64,000 bases of DNA from Candidatus Woesearchaeota archaeon (GTDB lineage: Archaea > Nanobdellota > Nanobdellia > Woesearchaeales > SM23-78). The notes beneath the pieces are model-generated. The model searched no databases. It was not told the DNA's origin and saw nothing but the letters and a program-made list of their open reading frames with translations. The stretch's first letter is position 1. Every line of letters starts with the position of its first letter. This document shows, piece by piece, positions 18,228-28,820 of the stretch. Location: positions 6,792 to 70,791 of the forward strand of contig JAHWIP010000003.1 in assembly GCA_019322375.1 (NCBI GenBank), in the 5' to 3' direction. A program made the position numbers and the translations under genes.

Positions 18228-19388
18228 TTAAATTATGTGCTCTATTTCATGCACCTGCATTAGCTTGCTCTTAGTATAATTCTTTTCCAGTGCTTTCATC
18301 CTTTCGTATAGTGTTGTTAAGCAGATAAATTTCTGGTCTTCTTCTTTTTTCAAATGGTACTGCGGGGTGAATGGAAACTCTTCTAGAACTCTGAGATTGT
18401 TTTCAAGCCCATAGTAAAAAATAACCAGCTCTCCAATATTCCCTTCTAATGATGTCCATTTTTTTAAAGAAAATTCTAAGGTTGGCTTATAATCTTCAAG
18501 AAGCCGGATATAATTCTCTGGCCTGGCAATAACAGGCAGTTCTGTGCTTCCTTTTGGTTTTTGTTTCTGTGGAATTTTAAACAAGCGGTGGATTGTTTTT
18601 CCAGCCTGTCTTCTTGACTGGGGAATGCTTATTACTCTGTAAAGCAGTTTTGAGAATTGTTCCCAGTATAATTGTTTTTCTTTTGGCATTTTTTTCTTTG
18701 TTATGCCTGTTCTTTTGGCCATCTCTTTTTTTACAGGCTCTATTGTTTCCTCTGTTACTTCATCATAAAATCGGCTTGCTAGGTACCATAATTTTGCGCT
18801 TCCAGGTTTTTCTATATCAAAATCTTTTGCTATGTTTGCAGGTATAACCAGTTCTTCAAGTTTCATTTCTTTCATTTCTTTTGGAGAAATAATTTTTTCT
18901 ATTTCATTTGTCACTCTTAGATCTGTTGCATTTGAAACATATCCCAGCATATTGGTCATTAGGCATTTCCATTCAAGAAAAGGCGCTTTTTCTAATGTTT
19001 TTTTGCCTCTTCTTGTAACTTCTATTTCATAGGTTCTCATGACGTTCATTTCAACTCCTTGCTTCCAAAGGTCGGTCATGTGTTTTACAAATATGGACAT
19101 TTCATCAAATACATCCTGATATTTTGGGTTTATTACCTGCACATCTGTTACTAATCCAAAACTGATTCCATCCAGGCTAAAGTCTTTTGGTCTTATTGGT
19201 GATTCTTTTGGAAGGTGTTTATCATCATACCCTGTTTTTGCTTTTAGCTGTGCTGTGCCTAAATCTATTATTCCTTCTTTTATATCAGAAAGAACATCTC
19301 TGTCTGCCCTTACCCTTTCTTTGGTTGCTTTTTCCCCCATTTCCTCATAAGCTTGGGGTTTTACCAGAATTGCATGTTCTAAATTCAT
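18228..19388 (-). CDS. Hypothetical protein (386 aa)
   Basis: Long ORF, no recognisable motif. Confidence 0.45.
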   Translation of the reverse strand: MNLEHAILVKPQAYEEMGEKATKERVRADRDVLSDIKEGIIDLGTAQLKAKTGYDDKHLPKESPIRPKDFSLDGISFGLVTDVQVINPKYQDVFDEMSIFVKHMTDLWKQGVEMNVMRTYEIEVTRRGKKTLEKAPFLEWKCLMTNMLGYVSNATDLRVTNEIEKIISPKEMKEMKLEELVIPANIAKDFDIEKPGSAKLWYLASRFYDEVTEETIEPVKKEMAKRTGITKKKMPKEKQLYWEQFSKLLYRVISIPQSRRQAGKTIHRLFKIPQKQKPKGSTELPVIARPENYIRLLEDYKPTLEFSLKKWTSLEGNIGELVIFYYGLENNLRVLEEFPFTPQYHLKKEEDQKFICLTTLYERMKALEKNYTKSKLMQVHEIEHII

Positions 19389-19569
19389 TTTAACTACCTC
19401 TTCTTTGGTTAGGTCTAACCTTTTATCATATCCTCCTAATCATTTCTCAAAGTCTTTTAGGTAATACTGTAATTTTTATTAAACTATCTAATCTATTTAA
19501 ATTTTTGAGGTGATAAACTTCACCACACTATTCAAAAGCTTTTTAAACCAAGTCCTCTTTCTGAGCAGT

Positions 19570-20289
19570 ATGAACCAGCACTTCCTGGAACAAGCAGGAT
19601 TAACATCAACAGAAGCAAAAATATACCTGTGCCTGCTGGAAAAAGGCTCAATAAGAGCAGGAGAGATATCAACACACACAGGCATACACAGGAGAAGCGT
19701 GTATGACTCTGTTGAACGCCTGATACAAAAAGGCCTGGCATCGTATATAAAAACTAACAACAGAAGGTATTACAAGGCAGCTGACCCTGAGAAGCTGCTG
19801 GAACTGCTCAAAGAAAAACAAGACAACATAAAGCAGATAATGCCAGAGCTAGAACTCCTGAGAAAATATTCAGAAGAAAAAAAAGAAACTGTTTTTTTCA
19901 GGGGCAAACAAGCCATAAAAACAGTTTTTGACGACCAGATAAAAGCAGGCAAGGAAATACTGGTGTTTGGAGACGCAGTTAATGTAAACGAGATAATAAA
20001 ATACTATTTCCTGCACTTTGACAAGCAAAGAATAGACAAGAAGATAAGAGTAAAAATGCTTTTTGATGAGAGCGCAAGAAAAGAAAAATACCTGAAAAAA
20101 ATCCCCTTGGCAGAGATAAGATTCATAAAAAAAGGAAGCAAAGCATCCACATCAACAAACATATACGGCGATAAAGTGTCCATAATCATGTGGGAAAAGA
20201 ATCCCAAAGCTATATTAATAAAAGAAGCCTCCCTGGCCCAGAGCTTTAAAAGCTATTTTGAATTCATGTGGGGGTTTGCAAGGAAATGA
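19570..20289 (+). CDS. TrmB-family transcriptional regulator
   Basis: N-terminal HTH GLTSTEAKIYLCLLEKGSIRAGEISTHTGIHRRSVYDSVERLIQKGLA matches the TrmB wHTH. ATG at 19570. Confidence 0.65.
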   Translation: MNQHFLEQAGLTSTEAKIYLCLLEKGSIRAGEISTHTGIHRRSVYDSVERLIQKGLASYIKTNNRRYYKAADPEKLLELLKEKQDNIKQIMPELELLRKYSEEKKETVFFRGKQAIKTVFDDQIKAGKEILVFGDAVNVNEIIKYYFLHFDKQRIDKKIRVKMLFDESARKEKYLKKIPLAEIRFIKKGSKASTSTNIYGDKVSIIMWEKNPKAILIKEASLAQSFKSYFEFMWGFARK

Positions 20290-21788
20290 AAAAACCCAAA
20301 AACGGAAAAAAGAAATTTTCAAGAGAATACTTCTTTGTAATCCTGCTCTTCCTGATAATCCTGGGTGCAAGGCTCTTTATTACTTTAAATGAGCCAGGCT
20401 TTGAATATGATGCTTATGATGCTCTTAGGCAGGCAGAGCATATAAAACAAACAGGGCTTCCATTATTCCAGGACTCTCTTAGTTACTCTGGCAGAATCCT
20501 GGTCTTTCCTCCGTTTTTCTATTACTTGCTGGCTGGTTTTAGCTTTATCCTTCCTTTGACCCTTGTTGCCAAGCTAATACCCAGCATTGCATTCTCTGCT
20601 TTGGTCATAGTGATATATCTCATAGCAAAGCATATTACCAAGAACAGAACAGCTGCTTTTATTGCAGCATTGTTTTCAGGCTTTGTGCCTGTACTGTACA
20701 CCACTCTTAACCAGGTGTCTGTTTATTCATTAAGCCTTTTGCTCATCTTTCTTCTTAGCTATGCATTTCTACGCATAGAGGAAAAAGGCTTTGTAATTCT
20801 GAGCATAGTTTTAACAGCAGTACTATTACTAACCCACACCTCTATTTTTGTTCTGCTCATAAGCTTTCTGGTATATTTCCTTATCTTAAGGCTTGAAAAG
20901 CAAAAACTTAGCATAAAAGAAGTTGAGACAACCCTGTTCCTGTTTTTTCTAGCCCTTTGGTTAAATATTTTATTATATAAAAAAGCCTTTTTTTTACATG
21001 GGATAAGCTTTATACGGCAGAACATTCCTGCGCCCTTGTTATCTGCTTATTTTATGGATATAAGCTTTTTAGGGGTGATATATGCTGTTGGACTAATCCC
21101 TCTTCTGCTTGGAGTGTATGCTGTTTATCATGTTCTCTTTAAAACCAGGAGCAGAGCAGCAACCCTGTTCATCAGTTTTGCTCTTGTCTCTTTCATTATG
21201 CTCTGGCTTAAACTAATACCTTTTAGAGCAGGCTTATTGTTCCTAAGCCTAAACCTCATAATCCTTTCTGCTTATTCAATAAAGATAATTCTGGTCAGCA
21301 TAAGCAAAACAAGAATGCCCCGCTTGTCAATAATAGCAATAACCTTTATTATAATCCTTTTTGTGCTAACAACTGCAACTCCTTTTGTTTCCACCCTGAC
21401 CATCCACAGACCCCCTGCCGAGGATATTAAGGCTTTGGAATGGATTAAGGAGAACACACATGAAGATGATATTGTTCTTGGCAGAGTTGAAGAAGGCTTT
21501 TTAATTAATTATATAGCAGAAAGAAAGAATGTTGCTGATTCCAACTTCTTATTTATCAAGAATATTAATCAAAGATACGAGGATGTTAATCATTTGTTTA
21601 CTCTGAGACTAAAATCAGAAGCTGTCAGGCTTATTAACAAGTATGACATTGATTACATCTTTTTATCAACTCGGAGCATGGATGAATACAGCATGGCTGA
21701 GCTCTTTTATGCAGAGGAGGACTGCCTTGAACTGGTTTATGACAAGGATGCCCTTATATACGAGTTCCTGAGGTGCAATATAGAATGA
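20268..21788 (+). CDS. GT-C fold membrane glycosyltransferase (ArnT/PMT-like, ~12 TM)
   Basis: 506 aa polytopic; first extracytoplasmic loop EPGFEYDAYDALRQAEHIKQTGLPL resembles the ArnT/PMT DE...R-Y-A loop. No STT3 WWDYG motif. Confidence 0.5.
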   Translation: MGVCKEMKKPKNGKKKFSREYFFVILLFLIILGARLFITLNEPGFEYDAYDALRQAEHIKQTGLPLFQDSLSYSGRILVFPPFFYYLLAGFSFILPLTLVAKLIPSIAFSALVIVIYLIAKHITKNRTAAFIAALFSGFVPVLYTTLNQVSVYSLSLLLIFLLSYAFLRIEEKGFVILSIVLTAVLLLTHTSIFVLLISFLVYFLILRLEKQKLSIKEVETTLFLFFLALWLNILLYKKAFFLHGISFIRQNIPAPLLSAYFMDISFLGVIYAVGLIPLLLGVYAVYHVLFKTRSRAATLFISFALVSFIMLWLKLIPFRAGLLFLSLNLIILSAYSIKIILVSISKTRMPRLSIIAITFIIILFVLTTATPFVSTLTIHRPPAEDIKALEWIKENTHEDDIVLGRVEEGFLINYIAERKNVADSNFLFIKNINQRYEDVNHLFTLRLKSEAVRLINKYDIDYIFLSTRSMDEYSMAELFYAEEDCLELVYDKDALIYEFLRCNIE

Positions 21789-23254
21789 AAAAATCAGCTG
21801 ATAATAAAACCATTCAGACTGAAAGAACAATAAAGAACAAGCACAGGATATTAATCTTTGCATTAGTATTGCTGGTCATTGTATTGTCACTGGTAATCAT
21901 TATACGTCTTAAACAGCACCAGCCAATTTTCCCGGCAGGCGAGTCTTATTATAATCTTAGGATGGCGCAAGCCTTGAAATCTGATTTCTTGTTAACCAAG
22001 GACCCTGTCCAGGGAACCCTTTATGAACCCAACCCTTACCACTACTTGCTGGCCCTGCTGTTATTTTTATTCCCTGTTGAAATAGTATCCTTGTTCCTCC
22101 CATTAATCCTAGGAGTGGTTTGCGCAGCCCTTTTCTATAAATTACTCTTATTAATCAGGGTTAAGCAGAAGATGGCAGCTTTTTCCCTTATAATATTGTC
22201 AGTTACTCCTGCTTTTATCAGTTTGTTCACCGGGGTATACATGCCTGGCTTTGTAATCTTTGTGAGCCTGCTCATTCTTGTGCTTTCTCTTAATAAGAGG
22301 CATGCTTATCAGGCTCTGTGTGTTTTGTTATTCATACTCCTGGCTTTAACCAGCCTGACAGGTTTTGTTATAACCTTGCTAATACTATTATTTCTTTGCC
22401 TGGTTCTTAAGAGGAAAGTCAAAGTCTTTTATGTTCCTTTAATAATTTCAGGCCTGCTGATTGCTCTCTTAACCATTTTCTCAAATCATACTAATTATAC
22501 TCCCAGGATGCTTGGGTTTCATGGGTTTGCTTTTAAGAGCATATTATCGGTTCTGCAGGCAACTCTTGGGTTTGACTTGTTTCTTATTCTTTTGTTCTGC
22601 TCTGGCTTTGTCATTGTATGGATTAAGGCAAAGGAAAAAAAACTGTTTCACCTGCCAGTCCTGCTTTTTGTAATTCTCTCTTTTTTTAACATCATTGCAA
22701 GGGCTTATGCTAGTGTTATAATAACTGTTTACTGTGTTAGTGCAATAACTTATTTTTATAACAGGAAATGGGACTTAAAGGTTATCAGAACAGGCACTTT
22801 GCTCTTGGTATTCTGCAGCCTGGTATTCTCAGTTCTGAACCAGGTCAACATACTCTCAGCTGCTCAGCCAGATATAGAAATGGAAAAGGCTCTTTTATTT
22901 CTCAGAGATTTGGATGAGGGCAGGGTTTTAACTGTTGAAGAAAACGGCTTTTTAGTTGAGTTTTACTCTGGGAAAAAAGTACTGCTTGACTCAAATTCAT
23001 TCATGTATTCAGATTATCCTGTGTTAAAAAAAGATTCAGATGATTTATTCAGTGCTACAAGGCTTAAGGAAGCAGAGCCTTTGCTTGAAAAGCATGATTT
23101 GCATTATATATTGATAACCCCTGCTATGAAGGAAGAGTTATGGGAGGGCCGTGAGCAGGAACTCTGGTTCCTGGTCATGCACAGCGAGAGCTTTACCAAG
23201 AAGTATGATAAGCAGGATGTGGAGATATGGGAATACACATCAACACCTGTTTAG
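21773..23254 (+). CDS. GT-C fold membrane glycosyltransferase, paralog of the upstream gene
   Basis: 493 aa polytopic with a large C-terminal soluble domain; overlaps the previous gene by 16 nt (operon). Confidence 0.5.
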   Translation: MQYRMKKSADNKTIQTERTIKNKHRILIFALVLLVIVLSLVIIIRLKQHQPIFPAGESYYNLRMAQALKSDFLLTKDPVQGTLYEPNPYHYLLALLLFLFPVEIVSLFLPLILGVVCAALFYKLLLLIRVKQKMAAFSLIILSVTPAFISLFTGVYMPGFVIFVSLLILVLSLNKRHAYQALCVLLFILLALTSLTGFVITLLILLFLCLVLKRKVKVFYVPLIISGLLIALLTIFSNHTNYTPRMLGFHGFAFKSILSVLQATLGFDLFLILLFCSGFVIVWIKAKEKKLFHLPVLLFVILSFFNIIARAYASVIITVYCVSAITYFYNRKWDLKVIRTGTLLLVFCSLVFSVLNQVNILSAAQPDIEMEKALLFLRDLDEGRVLTVEENGFLVEFYSGKKVLLDSNSFMYSDYPVLKKDSDDLFSATRLKEAEPLLEKHDLHYILITPAMKEELWEGREQELWFLVMHSESFTKKYDKQDVEIWEYTSTPV

Positions 23255-23267
23255 AGGAGGATTGTTA

Positions 23268-24530
23268 ATGCTGGAATTCGGAGAGGTCCTGATATCTGTA
23301 ATTGCTTTTGTTAGTTTGTACACTGCTATTTTCTTTATAATTACTCTTCTTGAGCATAAAAACAACATCACCAGGCCAGAGCATCGCTTAAAAAATCCTT
23401 TTGTGTGCATAATTGTTCCTTGCTATAATGAAGAAGCAACTCTTGCAAAAACTCTTGACTCGCTTTTAAAACTTGATTATCCAAGAAATAAATTGGATAT
23501 ACTTGTTGTTGATGACGGCTCAACAGATAATACTTACAAAGTTGCAAAGAAGTATGTTTCAAAAGGCATAAGAGTATTTAGAAAAAAAAATGAAGGAAAA
23601 TACACTGCTCTTAACCTTGGGCTTTCAAAAACCAAAGCAGAGTTTGTAGGGGCGCTTGATGCTGATTCATTTGTCCATCCCAAAGCGCTTAAAAGAATAA
23701 TTGCTTATTTTGATAATCCAAAAGTAATGGCAGTAACCCCGTCTTTAAGAGTTTACAAGCCCAAAAAATTAATTCAAAAAATCCAGATGATTGAATATGC
23801 TTTTGGCATCTTTTTTAGAAAGATGTATTCGTTAATCGGGAGTGTGCATGTAACTCCAGGTCCTCTTTCAATTTACAGGAAAAGCTTTTTTGACAAGCAC
23901 GGCATTTACAAAAAAGCTCACTTAACAGAAGATATTGAAATGGCTCTTAGAATTCAGTCTCATAATTACCTTATTGAGAATGCAGTCAATGCATATGTTT
24001 TTACTGTCAGCCCCCAGAACTTCAGGGACCTTTATAACCAGCGAAAAAGGTGGTACAATGGTTTTTTAAAAAACATAATAGATTATAAGCACATGATGTT
24101 CTCAAAAAGGCATGGCAATCTGGGGATGTACACCCTTCCTCTTGCATTTATCTCGATAGGGCTTCTAATAGTTACCTTAAGTTATGTGGTTTACAAATTT
24201 GTAAAAGGAACATGGGATAATTATCTGTATGCAAGAGCAGTTGACTTTGACATTTTCAGATTTAATTTTGACTTTGACCTGTTCTTGGTAAACGTGAACA
24301 CAGCCATTATACTGGGATTAATAACAATATTAATAGGAGTGGTGCTCTTTATCCTCTCTGTCAAGTATTCAGAAGAAAAAAAGAAAATAGTTTTTTCATA
24401 CATAATATACACTCTTACGTATGCCTTTTTTTTTGGTTTTTGGTGGCTTGCTGTGATTTTTAATAATATAATCGGAAGAAAGGTTGTTTGGAAACCCAAA
24501 AAAGCAATTGATAAGAAATCAATTACCTGA
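23268..24530 (+). CDS. Family-2 glycosyltransferase (processive GT2, chitin/cellulose-synthase-like)
   Basis: VPCYNEE...VVDDGSTDNT...ALDADS...TED...QRKRWYNG (QxxRW motif). ATG at 23268 after GGAGGA; C-terminal TM helices. Confidence 0.7.
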   Translation: MLEFGEVLISVIAFVSLYTAIFFIITLLEHKNNITRPEHRLKNPFVCIIVPCYNEEATLAKTLDSLLKLDYPRNKLDILVVDDGSTDNTYKVAKKYVSKGIRVFRKKNEGKYTALNLGLSKTKAEFVGALDADSFVHPKALKRIIAYFDNPKVMAVTPSLRVYKPKKLIQKIQMIEYAFGIFFRKMYSLIGSVHVTPGPLSIYRKSFFDKHGIYKKAHLTEDIEMALRIQSHNYLIENAVNAYVFTVSPQNFRDLYNQRKRWYNGFLKNIIDYKHMMFSKRHGNLGMYTLPLAFISIGLLIVTLSYVVYKFVKGTWDNYLYARAVDFDIFRFNFDFDLFLVNVNTAIILGLITILIGVVLFILSVKYSEEKKKIVFSYIIYTLTYAFFFGFWWLAVIFNNIIGRKVVWKPKKAIDKKSIT

Positions 24531-24596
24531 CCTTACCTGATATTGCCTGACAGTTGGTGGCTGTTCAATAGAAAATATTTATAAAAAGAACCGGTT

Positions 24597-25319
24597 TTGT
24601 GTGTTAAGATGGCAAAGAAAAAACATCCCAGAAATATTGATTTACAAAAATATGTTCTGGTATTAGCACTTACAATAATTATCTTTGGCTCAGGAGTGGC
24701 GCTTGGTAACTGGGTTGCTTCAAAAAAATTCACAAGCGTGGAAAACCTGGGCCAGGAACTGAGAACAGACATTATTGCCCTTGAGCTCCAGCAGGACCTT
24801 ATAGAAGCTGACCCTTGCAGGGAAACAGGCCTGGGCCCTCTTTCACAGCAACTTTACACCCTGGGCACAAGGCTGGATTTTATGGAGAGCCGGCTTGGGA
24901 CTAATAACGAGGAGGTTATACGCTTAAAACAGTATTATTCATTAATTGAGATAAGGCACTGGCTTTTTATGAGAGAGATTAACCAGGGATGCAACCAGAG
25001 CAATGTGTTAATACTCTATTTTTATTCCAACCTGAACGACTGTTCTAAGTGCGAGGAGCAAGGATATGTTTTGTCTTATCTTCACAAAAAGCATCCTGAT
25101 GTTATGATTTACTCTTTTGACAAGAACATGAATAATCCTGCTCTTGACACTATCAAAGAAGAATTTAATATCCATCAAGCCCCTACTATTGTGATTAACA
25201 CTGATGCTTATCCTGGCTATCAGAGCAGGAACTTTATAGAAAGAATGATAAGCTATTACCAGGGAGAAGAAGAACGAGAAGAAGAAGCTGTTGAACAGCA
25301 GGAGCAGCAAGAACAATAG
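24597..25319 (+). CDS. Membrane-anchored thioredoxin-fold-like protein with an acidic/Gln-rich tail
   Basis: N-terminal TM; CSKC...APTIVIN pattern (CxxC plus cis-Pro-like motif). Confidence 0.4.
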   Translation: MCVKMAKKKHPRNIDLQKYVLVLALTIIIFGSGVALGNWVASKKFTSVENLGQELRTDIIALELQQDLIEADPCRETGLGPLSQQLYTLGTRLDFMESRLGTNNEEVIRLKQYYSLIEIRHWLFMREINQGCNQSNVLILYFYSNLNDCSKCEEQGYVLSYLHKKHPDVMIYSFDKNMNNPALDTIKEEFNIHQAPTIVINTDAYPGYQSRNFIERMISYYQGEEEREEEAVEQQEQQEQ

Positions 25320-25329
25320 AAACTTTTAT

Positions 25330-25815
25330 TCATTTTATGTTTATCAAGTCACCAATGGTTATATCCCCTGACAAACCCTTTTTCTTACTGCTGATTCCTG
25401 GATCATCAAGCTCAACTTCTTCTATCACTTTTATTCTTAAGAATTTCTCAAGCTTTCTGGCTAAAGGAATGCCTGGCTTTATTCTCCCAGACTCAAGCTT
25501 GTGAATAACACTCTCTTTTTCAGCAATCTTTTTAGCAAGCTCTTTTTGCTTTAACCCTAGTTTTTCCCTTTTTTTCTTAATTAATCCTGGGTAAGTAGAA
25601 GTGATAATCTGCACTGTTTCAGATTCTTTCTTAGGCTTGATATCCATGTGCTCAAACATGCCTTGTTTTTTCTTCTTGCTTTTCTTAACAGGCTCTTCCC
25701 TCTTAAGCCTGGCAATAATCCTGCCATAAGAAGAACATTTCTCGCAAACATTTAATCTGGAACCTTCTAATTCAATCCTATAAACACTTTCAGGAGAAGA
25801 ACACATGTCGCACAT
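25330..25815 (-). CDS. Archaeal multiprotein bridging factor 1 (aMBF1): zinc ribbon plus XRE-type HTH
   Basis: CDMC...CEKC zinc ribbon; HTH LIKKKREKLGLKQKELAKKIAEKESVIHKLESGRIKP. Confidence 0.7.
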   Translation of the reverse strand: MCDMCSSPESVYRIELEGSRLNVCEKCSSYGRIIARLKREEPVKKSKKKKQGMFEHMDIKPKKESETVQIITSTYPGLIKKKREKLGLKQKELAKKIAEKESVIHKLESGRIKPGIPLARKLEKFLRIKVIEEVELDDPGISSKKKGLSGDITIGDLINIK

Positions 25816-25877
25816 GCTATCACCCCACTTACAGGTATCATGGCTTGAGCCATATATAAAATTATTGGTAGTTAGTT

Positions 25878-26279
25878 CTATATATATTCAAGTAATTTAT
25901 TAATTTGGTGTTTATAAACATGGTTGTTCGGTAGCTTTCCAAACATTTCTTCTAAAGCATCTAACGAAACCCATTTTAATGCACTAATTTCATCTTTTTT
26001 TCTACTTTCTTTTCCTCTGCTTACTTTAGCATGATAATCAAATCTTTCAAGAATATCTCCTTTGGAGCCTGAATGAAAATAATGATCAAGTAATTTAACA
26101 ATTTCAATTAAATATCCTGTTTCTTCCTTTATACCTCTTTTAATTCCTTCTTCTGGTGTTTCCGCAGGTTTAATTGTTTCTGATGGAATTTTCCATTTTT
26201 TAGAATCTATTTCTTTAACTAATAGATATTCTCCTTTATTATTTTCAACAAAGGCACTGCTTATTATGACTTTATTCAT
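25878..26279 (-). CDS. Nudix hydrolase
   Basis: Nudix box IPSETIKPAETPEEGIKRGIKEETGY (Gx5Ex7REUxEExGU). Confidence 0.65.
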   Translation of the reverse strand: MNKVIISSAFVENNKGEYLLVKEIDSKKWKIPSETIKPAETPEEGIKRGIKEETGYLIEIVKLLDHYFHSGSKGDILERFDYHAKVSRGKESRKKDEISALKWVSLDALEEMFGKLPNNHVYKHQINKLLEYI

Positions 26280-26359
26280 AAAAACCTAAGAACAAGGCGC
26301 CATATTTAAATTTTACTATTATGAAGTAATAAATTAATTTGTTATTGAATACAACGTAT

Positions 26360-27526
26360 TCATACTTTTTCAACCACCACAACCTCATACCTCTGCTTGC
26401 CAGCCCAGAGTTCATATTCTTTTATTAATTTGAAGGCCTTGGTTATCATTTGTTTGAGCAGGCTGGTGTTTTCTGTTAACAAAACCATTAATCCTTGCTT
26501 TTTCATCACAAACTCTGCTTGGTAAAACAATTCTTTGTAAAGCTTGGTTATGAATGATTTAGATGTGTGCTTGCTTGGGCATGGTATTCTTGAGGCAATA
26601 ATATCAACACTTGCCTTGTCTAGCTTGGTGTCAAGCCATTCAACATCCATTTTAGAGAATCCAATGATTTTATCAACTCCTGCAAGCTTTGAGTTCTTTT
26701 TAGAAGCCTCAACATTTCTTAGCATTGAATCCAGGCCTAATATATTTAACTTTGTTTTTGTATCTGCTTTTGAATCAAGTTTTTTAAAAAAACCATCCCA
26801 GTTATTTTTTTTGTATGGCTTTAGTTTTTTAAAAGCAAAATCCTTTGAATAATAATTAACACTTAGCTTGGAGGCATAAAGAGCAGCTTCTATGCACACA
26901 AGCCCTGACTTGCAAATAACATCAACCAACTTCTTTTTGCCATCAAACCCTGCAATCCTTGAAATGGCATAGCTAAGATTAGCATTAACAATTCCTGGTG
27001 CAGAAAAGATTTTGTACTGGCGCTTGCTTAAATCCCTGCCAATCAGGTCAACTCCAAGATAAGCCTTGTTATTGTTTATAAAAACATAAAAAATAGTATC
27101 AGGCGATTCCATTTTAGCCTTAGGAGCAAAGCCAAGCTCTTTTTTCACTCTTAAAATGATTTTTTCTCCCAAGTCCTGCTCAACAGTGCTGCTCCCAAAT
27201 CTGTGCCTGCCCATGCGCTTGCACTCAACCTTAAAAGTGGTGTTTTTATCAAACCACTCCTTAAACTTGATTTTATTTATTTCTTTCTCAAACTTTGATA
27301 ATAAGTCTTTAGACTCTTTAAACTCAAAGTTTGCAAATAATAATAAAACTCTTTCAATGCTCTGGGCAAAGTAGCAGAACTTAAACAAATCCTGAAAGGA
27401 TTTGCAATTAAAAATAACAGCGCAATCCTCTGCTTTTACTTCTTTACCTTTGACCTTTATAAGTTCATCTAGTTCTAAGAGAGCAATCCTTTCTAAGCCT
27501 TTGTCAGTGATGGTGAAGGCTTGCAT
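26360..27526 (-). CDS. THUMP-domain RNA (tRNA m2G-type) methyltransferase
   Basis: N-terminal ferredoxin-like/THUMP region, then an MTase region with a D-containing motif and VLLTEN. Confidence 0.5.
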   Translation of the reverse strand: MQAFTITDKGLERIALLELDELIKVKGKEVKAEDCAVIFNCKSFQDLFKFCYFAQSIERVLLLFANFEFKESKDLLSKFEKEINKIKFKEWFDKNTTFKVECKRMGRHRFGSSTVEQDLGEKIILRVKKELGFAPKAKMESPDTIFYVFINNNKAYLGVDLIGRDLSKRQYKIFSAPGIVNANLSYAISRIAGFDGKKKLVDVICKSGLVCIEAALYASKLSVNYYSKDFAFKKLKPYKKNNWDGFFKKLDSKADTKTKLNILGLDSMLRNVEASKKNSKLAGVDKIIGFSKMDVEWLDTKLDKASVDIIASRIPCPSKHTSKSFITKLYKELFYQAEFVMKKQGLMVLLTENTSLLKQMITKAFKLIKEYELWAGKQRYEVVVVEKV

Positions 27527-27568
27527 GGTAAAAAAGAGAAAATCTGATGTTTATAAAAAGTTTGTTTA

Positions 27569-28780
27569 TTAGAGTAATTCTTCAGGAAAAGGATATTGCT
27601 CTTTTTCCCATATCTCTTTTCCATCACTAGATTTATAATAGTAATTAGCCAAGTAGTTCTCAGTAAAACAAACTACTAATTTATTAAACCAATAAAGATT
27701 GCAGGCTTCTGTTTTTTCTATTTTAAAGCAAACCAAGCCGTCATCCAAAACAACCTTTTCGATCTCTTCTTCAGGACATTCTTCATATTGGTATATACGT
27801 TTTAATACATTAAAGAGAAATAGTTTTTGCATTTGTTCAGGATTCTCTTCAAATAGTGTACTATTTCGGATAATTCTTTTCTCTCCTGTTTCTTCATTAG
27901 TTTTTAATAATAAATACTGGATATACTCTCCATTACAGAAGTAAGCATGTTCTTTATTAATTTCAATAGAAAACTCAGAGCCAGGGAAATAATTGTGTGT
28001 GGTTTGGTTAACTTTAAAGCAATCTTCAGAAGGATTTCCAAGATAACTGATTAATTCTGGATAAACCGACTCCTTGCAATCTCCTTCGCAGCCTTTGAGT
28101 TGCTCACTAATCTTAAAATCAAAAATTAATTGTTCAAAGGTTTTCTTTATATCATTAATTTGATTTGTATCTAATTCATATCCTACAAGCTTCCATCTAA
28201 CCAGATTTCCACAATGTCCTCCATAATCCTCATAATACATTAATTCATCATTATTATTAAAACATATCATAAAAGTCGGTTTATCTAATTCCAGAATAGA
28301 AAAACAGTTTATACCATTAATTGGAACTTTTGAAAAATGAATATCTAGCTTTGGTTGAAGCTTGTTCTTCAATATGTTAATGATTCTATCAATAGATAGT
28401 GGTGTAGTACGTAAACTAATTTCGTCAGATAAATTAACGTTTTCATATAAAGGTTCACACTCTTCATGGCTTTTACACGAATATTTTTCTTCATCTTTAT
28501 ATCCTTCGCGTCCATAAAAACCATCTATTTTATGAAATTCTACTAACCGACCATCTTCAAATCTTCCAGACATATTTTTTTCTATTGTTCCTCCTGACCA
28601 TGAGCATCTATAAAATTGTGTGAATTGATAATCACCTGGGATTCCAACAGATTCCAGTTTATCGTAGAATTCTTTATTCTCACCAACCAAATTAGAAGCA
28701 TCTTCTGGTGGCTTAGAACCACATCCAGTAATCAAGAAAAGAAGGCATATTATTAAGATTCCATTTAATATTTTGTGCAT
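27569..28780 (-). CDS. Secreted lipoprotein-like hypothetical protein (lipobox LITGCGS), Cys-rich
   Basis: 403 aa; signal peptide with a Cys immediately after it. Confidence 0.5.
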   Translation of the reverse strand: MHKILNGILIICLLFLITGCGSKPPEDASNLVGENKEFYDKLESVGIPGDYQFTQFYRCSWSGGTIEKNMSGRFEDGRLVEFHKIDGFYGREGYKDEEKYSCKSHEECEPLYENVNLSDEISLRTTPLSIDRIINILKNKLQPKLDIHFSKVPINGINCFSILELDKPTFMICFNNNDELMYYEDYGGHCGNLVRWKLVGYELDTNQINDIKKTFEQLIFDFKISEQLKGCEGDCKESVYPELISYLGNPSEDCFKVNQTTHNYFPGSEFSIEINKEHAYFCNGEYIQYLLLKTNEETGEKRIIRNSTLFEENPEQMQKLFLFNVLKRIYQYEECPEEEIEKVVLDDGLVCFKIEKTEACNLYWFNKLVVCFTENYLANYYYKSSDGKEIWEKEQYPFPEELL

Positions 28781-28820
28781 ATTACATATTTATTTTCTTT
28801 TTTTAAATTATTTTCTATTA

